Shown piece after piece: positions 27,777-35,556 of a stretch of 51,139 bases of DNA; position 1 is the stretch's first letter; each line of letters opens with the position of its first letter. This DNA comes from a virus (lineage: Duplodnaviria; Caudoviricetes): the IMG/VR virus record IMGVR_UViG_3300048886_000450, positions 1-51,139 of that record; one strand, 5' to 3'. Below the pieces are notes generated by a model, which did no database searches, was not told the origin of the DNA, and saw only the letters and a list, made by a program, of their open reading frames with translations. The position numbers and the translations under genes were made by a program.

Positions 27777-28415
27777 TTAAGCCACTCTGACGCGACGCCA
27801 TCGTTTGACGGAATTCAGTTCCTCTTGAGTGAAGCCTGTTTGGACAGGGGCAACATTTCTCGTAGTCAAATCTTTCATACCGACTACATCATCGTGGAGG
27901 TTCTGTACCTCCCTAGAGGCGGCGCGTAGAACTATTAATTTCAATGCACTCGTATTATCATTCGTAGCGTCTAAGCCAGCCGTGTAGGTAATAACAATCT
28001 TGTCATTATCTTGCACGTTAAACATATCTACGCCATATCTTCGTACTACATAATGTTCACCAACTGTTTGAGTCGTAGCGGAACTCTCTGTCTGCCCTTG
28101 AACAGTCAACGACTCCACAGAAACGACCGGCGAACGACGCGTGTACAAAACAAATGGAGGCTTAGTCACATCAGTAACCACAGAAGATGTTCGGTCAATG
28201 TTGTAGTCATAGAAAAAACTATACGCAGAGGATCCTGAATAATTAGCCGGTGCAACATGCGATTCTGAAAAAGACGCAGCAGAAACTGGACGCCCGATGT
28301 AATGCTCCAAATCTGCCTCCAAACCGTCAATAATCATTTGAGCAGCATCTTCTTGAGTATTGCTGAACGAAATGTCCATATATTTTTTGATGTCAGAAAT
28401 AGTTACTAATGCCAT
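27777..28415 (-). CDS. Head-tail connector/adaptor
   Basis: MALVT.SDIK.Y, LE.YIGR, ITYTAG, EL..VKRWRR. Confidence 0.82.
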   Translation of the reverse strand: MALVTISDIKKYMDISFSNTQEDAAQMIIDGLEADLEHYIGRPVSAASFSESHVAPANYSGSSAYSFFYDYNIDRTSSVVTDVTKPPFVLYTRRSPVVSVESLTVQGQTESSATTQTVGEHYVVRRYGVDMFNVQDNDKIVITYTAGLDATNDNTSALKLIVLRAASREVQNLHDDVVGMKDLTTRNVAPVQTGFTQEELNSVKRWRRVRVA

Positions 28416-28429
28416 ATCTCAAGCACCCT

Positions 28430-28576
28430 TTAACGACGGTTGCGGCGAAGCCAATTGGCCGCTGCCCTAGCACCACGGGCGGCCCCACGATTAACAACAT
28501 CCATAAAACGAGGACGACGACGACGCCGCGTAGCAGTTCTAGGCTCAGTATCTGTGGAGGTATCAGGGATAGGCAA
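28430..28576 (-). CDS. 48-aa Arg-rich small protein (below the ORF-track cutoff)
   Basis: TTG start with GGAG upstream; MPIPDTSTDTEPRTATRRRRRPRFMDVVNRGAARGARAAANWLRRNRR; co-directional with the neck operon. Confidence 0.6.
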   Translation of the reverse strand: MPIPDTSTDTEPRTATRRRRRPRFMDVVNRGAARGARAAANWLRRNRR

Positions 28577-28611
28577 CTTACTCGCTCCGTTCTAATCGTT
28601 AATCATTTCAA

Positions 28612-28651
28612 AGTTTAGCCTATTGCTTGGATGCCACGGCTCTAGTATGGT
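28612..28651. promoter_or_regulatory. Overlapping divergent promoter candidates
   Basis: Minus-strand -10 TAAACT (28617-28612); plus-strand TTGCTT-N17-TATGGT (28623-28651). Confidence 0.45.
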
Positions 28652-28659
28652 TTTGTTCA

Positions 28660-28809
28660 ATGTCTTCCAAGACCATGCAAGGTAGAAATCGATTAATACG
28701 GACCTTAAGCGAAAAGGGACACAGTTTGTCCCAACTAGCAAACAGATTTGACCTTTCCAAGTCTAGAATATCTCAAATAGTCAACGAGAAAGAAAATCAA
28801 GATGAGTGA
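28660..28809 (+). CDS. Small helix-turn-helix DNA-binding protein
   Basis: RNRLIR.L..KG.SLSQLANRFDLSKSRISQIV; ATG at 28660 preferred over TTG at 28627. Confidence 0.75.
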   Translation: MSSKTMQGRNRLIRTLSEKGHSLSQLANRFDLSKSRISQIVNEKENQDE

Positions 28810-29089
28810 AGAATTCGATAAAATTATTGGACGCATGTCGCAAACCTCCGAATCGAACAAACGTTCTGGACTGGGATCCATAATCGGTTTTGCCGCTGCC
28901 GCTTGTTGTATCAGTTTCTTCGGCGGACTGCTACTCATGTGGATGAACATGATTTTGGTTAATGAGTTTCCTAACTTTTCAGAAATTCAACCGGGCATAG
29001 GCTTTCTTGCCGCCTCAAGATTCTTCTTTCTCATCTTCATAATGAGATGTGTTTTTGAAGCCCTACGAAATACTCAAAAGAATTCCTGA
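28802..29089 (+). CDS. Small membrane protein (two predicted TM segments)
   Basis: Hydrophobic stretches IIGFAAAACCISFFGGLLLMWM and IGFLAASRFFFLIFIM. Confidence 0.65.
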   Translation: MSEEFDKIIGRMSQTSESNKRSGLGSIIGFAAAACCISFFGGLLLMWMNMILVNEFPNFSEIQPGIGFLAASRFFFLIFIMRCVFEALRNTQKNS

Positions 29090-29096
29090 ATACCCC

Positions 29097-29125
29097 TTGC
29101 GAAAGCAAATCTCACTGTGTATCTT
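29097..29125 (+). promoter_or_regulatory. Sigma70-type promoter
   Basis: TTGCGA-N17-TATCTT upstream of a GAGGAGG RBS and GTG at 29170. Confidence 0.55.
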
Positions 29126-29169
29126 TTCGGCACACGGTAACTACTAACTAACATAACGAGGAGGACACC

Positions 29170-29418
29170 GTGAACGAAATGACTCAGGAAGAGCAGGAAG
29201 TCCTTAACCGGATCTTGACCTCTAACGCCTCAGAGGCCACAGAGACTGACAAGGCAGCCAAAGCGGAATCACGCAAGATCCGCCAGCGTCGCAAGATGAC
29301 GGCTGCCTACAAGGCACACAAGGCTTTGGAAACCCTCCACCCGGAGGAATACCAGAGGATTTACGAGGCTGCCTTCACGGCCTTGGGCACAGACGAGCGG
29401 TACGCCGACACCGTCTGA
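29170..29418 (+). CDS. Small helical hypothetical protein (apparently monocistronic)
   Basis: Strong RBS GAGGAGG, own promoter candidate and terminator. Confidence 0.8.
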   Translation: MNEMTQEEQEVLNRILTSNASEATETDKAAKAESRKIRQRRKMTAAYKAHKALETLHPEEYQRIYEAAFTALGTDERYADTV

Positions 29419-29434
29419 CCTAAATACGCCAGAG

Positions 29435-29463
29435 AAAAGGGAGGGCTTCGGCCCTCCTTTTTC
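29435..29463 (+). terminator. Intrinsic terminator
   Basis: GGAGGGC-TTCG-GCCCTCC-TTTTT with an upstream A-tract (may be bidirectional). Confidence 0.85.
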
Positions 29464-29477
29464 GCGTTCCACCACAC

Positions 29478-29486
29478 TGCTACAAT
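29478..29486 (+). promoter_or_regulatory. Extended -10 promoter candidate
   Basis: TGcTACAAT just after the terminator and before ATG 29505. Confidence 0.5.
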
Positions 29487-29504
29487 CTGGTGTAAGGTCT
29501 ACAA

Positions 29505-29777
29505 ATGGTTGGTCGAAGCGACGTAATTAGCATCCCCGGAGTGACATTTCTCGCTCCCGATTATGGTCCTTGTATCATCTGTGGACACCCAACTGGTGAT
29601 TGCACAGAAGAAGACCACGCCATCACTTTCATGGACGAAAACTCTGACAGCGTCCTTGTGGAAGAAGACATCGTGGAAAGGAGATGGGTAACTCCTAACC
29701 ATTTAGCGAAGGTGCTAGTAGTAGCAGCAGGAACACATATCAGCAGGTCAGAGGCAGAAAAATTAGGACTGGTTTAA
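29505..29777 (+). CDS. Hypothetical protein with Cys/His cluster
   Basis: PCIICGHPTGDC....H. Confidence 0.7.
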   Translation: MVGRSDVISIPGVTFLAPDYGPCIICGHPTGDCTEEDHAITFMDENSDSVLVEEDIVERRWVTPNHLAKVLVVAAGTHISRSEAEKLGLV

Positions 29778-29852
29778 CCCTTTTAGTATACCGGTCTAGT
29801 GTCATACTGTGAGTCCTTCTAATAAGACCTCACAGTAAGCCAGAGGATTGAA

Positions 29853-32024
29853 ATGCTTAGTAAAAAATTTGTAGACTCGTATACTCAAAAATCACCCCCT
29901 TGGGGATTCAACGGACTTGGATACATAGTCTATAAACGTACATATGCACGAATCCTTGATAACTCGTACTTCTGGCCTACCCCCACGGAAGTACAAAAAA
30001 GAGTTTCAGAATTGAAGCCCAGTCTCCACGATCTAGATGAACCCAAAGTGGACCGAATGGTGCAAGACGCTAAACAAGGGTGGAATCTTTTAGACGAAAA
30101 AATCGCTATTAGCAACGATGGATTCATCATCGACGGTCATCATCGTTGGACCGCCATGAAAAAAACAGGACTAAGCAACGAAATTATTAATACAGACGAA
30201 GTTGATTTGCCTATTGACGAGATTTGGGGACCAAAAACTCAACGAACAGAGGAATGGTGGCAAACCTGTCAACGAGTCGTAAACGGCGCTAACGAAATCG
30301 GGGCAGAACTAAGCGACGAAGAATCCGAACGTCTGTTCGACTATATGTTCAACCTCAAAGGGACGCCCGGTGGGCGAATGCTTTGGCAATTGGGAACTCC
30401 CAACAACTTCCGACTTGGTGGCGACAGCCTTTGTAACTGCTGGTTCGTAGATATTCAAAAGCCTGAAGATTTTGCATGGATGTTTGAACGCCTCATGCTA
30501 GGAGGGGGTGTCGGATTTTCTATCCTCAACCCCCACCGATTAGGAGTTGTTCGACAGGGCGCTGTGGATAACCACAATGTGTCAGATGCGGATTACATCG
30601 TTCCCGACAAGCGTGAAGGCTGGTCCGAATGTCTTCTACGCGCAATAAAAACTTATCTTGGAACCGCAAATGATCCGACAGAATTTTCATACTCCACCCA
30701 ACTTGTCCGACCAGCAGGCGCTCCTATCCGCACATTCGGAGGAACCGCATCAGGACCGGACATTCTCATAAAAGGCATTACAAAAATCTGTGCAGTTTTA
30801 AACGGAGCCATCGGACGAAACCTCCATGCTGTAGAAGTCTTAGACATCTGCAACATCATCGGATCTGTTGTCGTTGCAGGCAATGTCAGGCGCAGCGCAG
30901 AAATTGCTCTCGGTAGTCCATTCGATATCGACTACCTCAGCGCCAAACGCTGGGACATAGGGGAAGTCCCCTCACACCGCGCCATGTCAAACAACAGCGT
31001 CGTTACCTCCAATATAGAGGGCATACCTGATGTGTTCTGGGAAGGATACAAAGGTAACGGAGAACCATACGGTTTGTTCAATCTTGACGCATCACGGAAA
31101 TACGGTCGCCGTGGAGAGATCCGCGAAGACCCTTCCATCGCTGGAACTAACCCGTGCGCTGAGATCGGTTTAGCCAATCGCGAGTCTTGTAACCTCGCAG
31201 AAATCATGCTGCCCAATATCGAAAGTCAAGAAGAACTAATTGACATTTCGATGCTTCTCTACAAGGTTCAGAAAGCAGTTGCATCACTTCCATATTTAGA
31301 TCAGGAATCAGACGACATCACTAGCAAAAACATGCGTCTCGGTCTTGGCGTTACTGGTGTCGCCCAAGCCCTTGACAAACTTGATTGGCTTTCCCCCGCA
31401 TACGAAGCCCTTCGTGATTTCGACAGGCATTGGTCCTCTTACAAGGAGTGGCCAACCTCTGTCCGTCTCACAACAGTAAAACCAAGCGGAACGTTAAGTC
31501 TTCTTGCTGGCATCACTCCCGGTATACATCCGGGCTACAGCAAACATCACATTCGCAGAGTTCGCATGGCATCAACTGACCCTCTATTGGACTATTGCGA
31601 AAAACGCGGCTACCACGTTGAGTGGGTTGAAAACGATGACCGAACCAAGGTTGTCGAATTTCCTTGCGAATTTCCAGAAGGAACAACTCTCGCTCACCAT
31701 ATGACGGCAGTTGAACAATTGGAACTGCAATGTCGGATGCAAGAAGAATGGGCAGATAATGCTGTTTCGGTAACTGTTTATATCAAGTCAGGAGAATTGG
31801 AAAGCGTTCAAGAATTTCTGAAAAAGAACTGGCCGACAATGAAATCCGTTTCCTTCCTTCTTCACAACGAACACGGATTCACTCAAGCCCCCCTAGAAGA
31901 AATAAATCAAACCAAATACGAAGAGATACTTAATCGCGTCAAAGACGACAAAATTCTTGTTGGTGGTGGATTCAGTGAACTGCTTGACGATGACTGTTCC
32001 ACCGGAGCATGTCCCATCCGGTAA
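29853..32024 (+). CDS. nrdJ: Class II (adenosylcobalamin-dependent, monomeric RTPR-type) ribonucleotide reductase with ParB-like insertion
   Basis: YKRTYAR, PGGRMLW, LCNC, LMLGGGVGF, VVAGNVRRSA, TNPCAEI, ESCNLAE, TTVKPSGT, C-terminal CSTGACPIR; no small-subunit gene in the window. Confidence 0.92.
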   Translation: MLSKKFVDSYTQKSPPWGFNGLGYIVYKRTYARILDNSYFWPTPTEVQKRVSELKPSLHDLDEPKVDRMVQDAKQGWNLLDEKIAISNDGFIIDGHHRWTAMKKTGLSNEIINTDEVDLPIDEIWGPKTQRTEEWWQTCQRVVNGANEIGAELSDEESERLFDYMFNLKGTPGGRMLWQLGTPNNFRLGGDSLCNCWFVDIQKPEDFAWMFERLMLGGGVGFSILNPHRLGVVRQGAVDNHNVSDADYIVPDKREGWSECLLRAIKTYLGTANDPTEFSYSTQLVRPAGAPIRTFGGTASGPDILIKGITKICAVLNGAIGRNLHAVEVLDICNIIGSVVVAGNVRRSAEIALGSPFDIDYLSAKRWDIGEVPSHRAMSNNSVVTSNIEGIPDVFWEGYKGNGEPYGLFNLDASRKYGRRGEIREDPSIAGTNPCAEIGLANRESCNLAEIMLPNIESQEELIDISMLLYKVQKAVASLPYLDQESDDITSKNMRLGLGVTGVAQALDKLDWLSPAYEALRDFDRHWSSYKEWPTSVRLTTVKPSGTLSLLAGITPGIHPGYSKHHIRRVRMASTDPLLDYCEKRGYHVEWVENDDRTKVVEFPCEFPEGTTLAHHMTAVEQLELQCRMQEEWADNAVSVTVYIKSGELESVQEFLKKNWPTMKSVSFLLHNEHGFTQAPLEEINQTKYEEILNRVKDDKILVGGGFSELLDDDCSTGACPIR

Positions 32025-32033
32025 TATTCGGAT

Positions 32034-32270
32034 ATGCCCATTCCTGCCTCATTAACGCTGAATCAAGTTGTAGAGGCTCTAGATGCTTCTATAGATGCAG
32101 GAGCATGGACAGAAACAGAAAGCATTTGCGGACACTGCTACTACGTCGGCATTGTGTACCAAGCAGACCCCGACATCGTTGGCCCCCTACCTCCTAATCC
32201 AATATCATCTTGTAAGGAATGTCTAGTACATCGTTCCATGTGGGACTCTTATCTAGAAACACACCCCTAA
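32034..32270 (+). CDS. Small hypothetical protein with two CxxC motifs
   Basis: CGHC...CKEC. Confidence 0.6.
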   Translation: MPIPASLTLNQVVEALDASIDAGAWTETESICGHCYYVGIVYQADPDIVGPLPPNPISSCKECLVHRSMWDSYLETHP

Positions 32271-32280
32271 GATATAAACT

Positions 32281-33204
32281 ATGAAAATCTTTGAAGAAGT
32301 TACAATAGATCAGATTATTCAAAACGCTTTATATTATCGCCGGTTGTTAGCCAATGAATCAATACTCGTATTCAAACAATTAAACCTCGCCCAACCAGAT
32401 CCTGATGTTTTAGATAAAGAAGGACCAGATCACCTTCGACTCATGTGGTCTTTTTACTGTGATTATGACTTCATGAGAGAAACACCCACTGGATACAAAC
32501 CTTGGTATGAGCGAACAGATTTTTGTGATGTTCTGTCTCGCTCGGATGCAGTAGGAACGATAACCGGACAATACCATTCGTTTCTTTTAGAGCGCACTGC
32601 CGAAGAACAACCAGAAGTCATGAGATCAGATGAAATTGTGGGCAATTGGCATAAAGACCATTACCACTACTATGCTCCAACCTCTGTTATCGCAATGAAC
32701 ATGCACACATTCAAATGCCCTCCCAGTAACGGAAATACCGTTATCGTAAATCTTGAAAACGCCTACGACGATTGTCCAAAACACATACTGGACTACCTAC
32801 GAGACAGGAGTTTTATTTACACTGATGTTTGCCGCTGCGAGGATCCTCCGCTGTCAGCAGAACATCCAACATTCTCTACCCACCCAGTCACAGGAAGAAC
32901 ATCTTTGTGTTATCCCGGCAGGGATGGTGGTGGAGGTCTTGCCTGCACTCCCTCCGACGGGTCCGTGGAACAATGGCAAAAATACGAAGACTGGATCTGG
33001 GACTATATGAATGCGCCTGAAAACCAGTTCAGAATGGAATGGGAAGAAGGAGACTTTCTGATTTGGGACAACAGATCTTGCATACACAACTACTTCGGTG
33101 GCTGGAAAAAAGAGGACCGAATCTTCGATCGATTTTGTATTGGAGTTAACACTCCATTTTACAATGGGCTAGACAGTCCATATTATGAACCAGAGATACT
33201 ATGA
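32281..33204 (+). CDS. TauD/TfdA-family 2OG-Fe(II) dioxygenase
   Basis: WHKD, GNT, HP....HPVTGR.SL, WEEGDFLIWDNR...H, R...R. Confidence 0.88.
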   Translation: MKIFEEVTIDQIIQNALYYRRLLANESILVFKQLNLAQPDPDVLDKEGPDHLRLMWSFYCDYDFMRETPTGYKPWYERTDFCDVLSRSDAVGTITGQYHSFLLERTAEEQPEVMRSDEIVGNWHKDHYHYYAPTSVIAMNMHTFKCPPSNGNTVIVNLENAYDDCPKHILDYLRDRSFIYTDVCRCEDPPLSAEHPTFSTHPVTGRTSLCYPGRDGGGGLACTPSDGSVEQWQKYEDWIWDYMNAPENQFRMEWEEGDFLIWDNRSCIHNYFGGWKKEDRIFDRFCIGVNTPFYNGLDSPYYEPEIL

Positions 33205-33593
33205 CACCTGCCATTCCACAAAGAGTAGAAGTTTATCGAAACCTTCACAAAAACTGTTACAGCGTGCGCGCTCTCAATGGAGAAAACAAAGGCCGGGTTA
33301 TTGATCACGTTCAATCCATCATCCTCAAAGACGCCACATTCGTAGTTCAGCCAGCAGGAAGAGACAGAGTTCTACAGGAAAAGCGTAAAAACGTCCACGC
33401 TTTTGTTCGTGGAACAATCACAGACCAGCCCGTTTCCCACGGTCTGTCCGTAAGATACGACCCCTACCTCAATGATGCTTTTATCGTTACCCGACCCACA
33501 TGGTCAAAATATTACGATGAAATAATCCGAAAAGCCAAACAAGTCGAAATGTCCTTTGAAGAAGGACATTCAAAAATCAAAGCCTCACTCTGA
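33201..33593 (+). CDS. Conserved phage hypothetical protein
   Basis: VYRNLHK.CYSVR...GRVI.H....L..A.F.V..AGR.RVL.EKRKNVHAFVRG...V.YDPY; ATGA overlap. Confidence 0.75.
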   Translation: MTPAIPQRVEVYRNLHKNCYSVRALNGENKGRVIDHVQSIILKDATFVVQPAGRDRVLQEKRKNVHAFVRGTITDQPVSHGLSVRYDPYLNDAFIVTRPTWSKYYDEIIRKAKQVEMSFEEGHSKIKASL

Positions 33594-33956
33594 AAGTTCG
33601 GCCTCTTTCCGGGCCTTCCGATCCTCAACGGGATCTTTCACCTTACGTTCCACCTGAAGAATCTCTTTGGTATCAAAATGATGAGTACCGGATCCACGCT
33701 TCAGTTCGCCAGCCTTCGTAAATGGGCCATAGCATTCAACCCACTCAGAACCTTTGGGATTAATCACATATTCTACGAACTTGTACCATCCCGGCTTATG
33801 TGCCTTGACACGAAAACGACGACCCTTTACTAACGGCAATCCCGCTCCGTGGTACTCATCGAAATACTGCCAGCCCTCTGCTATCCGGTCGGCAAGCCAC
33901 TTCTCGCGATGCTTAATATTTGCACGCCGCGCTTTGGCGGAAATCTCTCTAGACAT
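33585..33956 (-). CDS. Basic hypothetical protein
   Basis: 123 aa with a purine-rich RBS and its own promoter candidate downstream of the MCP terminator. Confidence 0.7.
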   Translation of the reverse strand: MSREISAKARRANIKHREKWLADRIAEGWQYFDEYHGAGLPLVKGRRFRVKAHKPGWYKFVEYVINPKGSEWVECYGPFTKAGELKRGSGTHHFDTKEILQVERKVKDPVEDRKARKEAELSE

Positions 33957-33989
33957 AGCCCCTTCTCTTTCTATCTATCTTACCTAACT

Positions 33990-34000
33990 AGTATACCACA
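33990..34000 (-). promoter_or_regulatory. Extended -10 promoter
   Basis: TGTGG-TATACT on the minus strand. Confidence 0.6.
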
Positions 34001-34021
34001 CCTGTCAAATCGTCTTCTAAC

Positions 34022-34056
34022 GAGAAAGCCCCCCGGATTGCTCCGGGGGGCTTCTC
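34022..34056 (-). terminator. Intrinsic terminator after the major capsid gene
   Basis: AAGCCCCCCGGA-GCAA-TCCGGGGGGCTT-TCTC (minus strand). Confidence 0.85.
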
Positions 34057-34101
34057 TATGTCCTGTATTTCAGTCAGTCACTAGGACTCACTCCATTCGG
34101 T

Positions 34102-35412
34102 TTAGGAAGGAGCGGCGTCGAAGGTGACCTTAACGAACGACTCAGGACGCTTCACCGCAAGGGCGAGGCGCTGCTCGGCCAGAACGACGATTGCGTTCCG
34201 AACGAAGAAGTCGCTGTGCTGTTCGCTGACTCGGATTGTGGCCTCTTCCCGGTCGTACAACTGGGCACCCTGACCGAACGAACCGATAAGGGCAGTGCCC
34301 GAAGCGATCGCGGGGGTGTCCACGACAGGAATCCGCCAAATGCGGGCCTCTGCACCCTGAACGATGGAAACTGCCATCAGGTACTGACCGTTGGAATCCT
34401 TGGTCAGTTCGATGTCTTCCCAGTCGTTCGGGTTCAAAATGACGCCCGACGGCTCGTAGTAGGCGAGGAACGACAGAGTCGCTGCACGCCTAATAGCATC
34501 AGCCTTGGTGTCCTTGACCGGAAGGGTCGCACCTGCGGACCATGAGTAGGTCTGAATACCAGAGGTGTTCAGAATACCCGTAAGGTCTTCGCTGGTACCG
34601 GCACCCGAAAGGATCTGATGATCCTCATGGAGCCGAAGGCCGTAAAGGAGTTCGTTGTCGATGATCGACCGCAACTGCGGCTCATCGGCAAGAACATTAC
34701 GGTGAGCGGCTTCCCAGTGAGCAATGGTCCGAACCGGTGCCTGCACGCCCGTGAATGCCATGGTCGTCTGCGGCTTTGCGCCGAAGGCTGACGAGGCACG
34801 CTCAGGAACAACGCTGGCAGCGTTGGTGAACCCGCTCATGCGGAAATACTCAATAACAGCAGCGTTGGTGCGCCGGGTCGGGAAGAGATCCCGAACTCGG
34901 GTCCGACGATGCTGCTGCGTTACGATTGGATCACGAGTGATCGTGCCAAACGAAGCAGGGGTGCCAGACGGCAAAGCCGAATAGACATCCTTCTGGCTGT
35001 AGTCGCTCTCGTAGAGAGACTTGGTGCCATAAGGGCTGTCCATGGTGCCACTGCCACGATTCATCATCGCCTGAAACTCATCAGACTCAATGAACGCTTG
35101 ACCAAGGCTCTTAACGCCGGTAGGAACGGTGACCGAAGCCAACGTGCCATCAGCGTCTGCGACCTTTGCAAGAGATTCAACCGGAGCCTCTGTGCCCCAA
35201 TCCGAAACCGTCTGCATGTCTTCCATGGAATCAATCAAGGACTTGATCTCCTTGATATCTTTCATGTTGGTGTCAAAAGCGGCCTTACGCTCCGAATCGA
35301 TGATGATTGCACCATCTTCGGTGCGGAAGGAATCCGCAATATCGTTATTGGCTGTCATCTTCTCGCGCAATGCGCCCTGAAGTTCTGTCAGCCGACTGTC
35401 ATCAAATGCCAT
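34102..35412 (-). CDS. Major capsid protein, HK97 fold with N-terminal delta domain
   Basis: KSLGQAF, VRDLF, VPE.....KP, VRTIAHW....R..L.D.PQL...I...L.YGL...ED.QIL.G.G...L.GIL, LNP.DW....L.KD.NG.Y, F.RN...V.AE.R.AL.V.RP.SFV. Confidence 0.95.
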   Translation of the reverse strand: MAFDDSRLTELQGALREKMTANNDIADSFRTEDGAIIIDSERKAAFDTNMKDIKEIKSLIDSMEDMQTVSDWGTEAPVESLAKVADADGTLASVTVPTGVKSLGQAFIESDEFQAMMNRGSGTMDSPYGTKSLYESDYSQKDVYSALPSGTPASFGTITRDPIVTQQHRRTRVRDLFPTRRTNAAVIEYFRMSGFTNAASVVPERASSAFGAKPQTTMAFTGVQAPVRTIAHWEAAHRNVLADEPQLRSIIDNELLYGLRLHEDHQILSGAGTSEDLTGILNTSGIQTYSWSAGATLPVKDTKADAIRRAATLSFLAYYEPSGVILNPNDWEDIELTKDSNGQYLMAVSIVQGAEARIWRIPVVDTPAIASGTALIGSFGQGAQLYDREEATIRVSEQHSDFFVRNAIVVLAEQRLALAVKRPESFVKVTFDAAPS

Positions 35413-35503
35413 AGTCGCTTACTCCTGTTCGTTTCCGACTAATAAATGTTTTTATTTATTCAGTCGGCTTAGGTAAGCACCGCGGCCGATATGAACAGAA
35501 GTT

Positions 35504-35535
35504 AGTTTAGATTACGATAATACGCCTTCATTGCA
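35504..35535 (-). promoter_or_regulatory. Candidate late promoter upstream of the MCP
   Basis: TGCAATGAA-N17-TAAACT. Confidence 0.55.
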
Positions 35536-35556
35536 ACTGCTATAGGTAGTGGTCTA

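Noticed and set aside
13718-28415. Tailocin or extracellular contractile injection system rather than a phage
   Set aside because: Capsid, neck, scaffold-like and RNR genes are present in the same region
29778-29852. Cobalamin riboswitch upstream of nrdJ
   Set aside because: The leader is only ~75 nt and lacks a recognisable B12 box
29958-30239. Intein or intron in the RNR
   Set aside because: No intein terminal residues or LAGLIDADG motifs, and the reading frame is uninterrupted
34142-35442. Overlapping and antisense ORFs over the MCP
   Set aside because: Expected from GC3-biased codons; no independent coding signal
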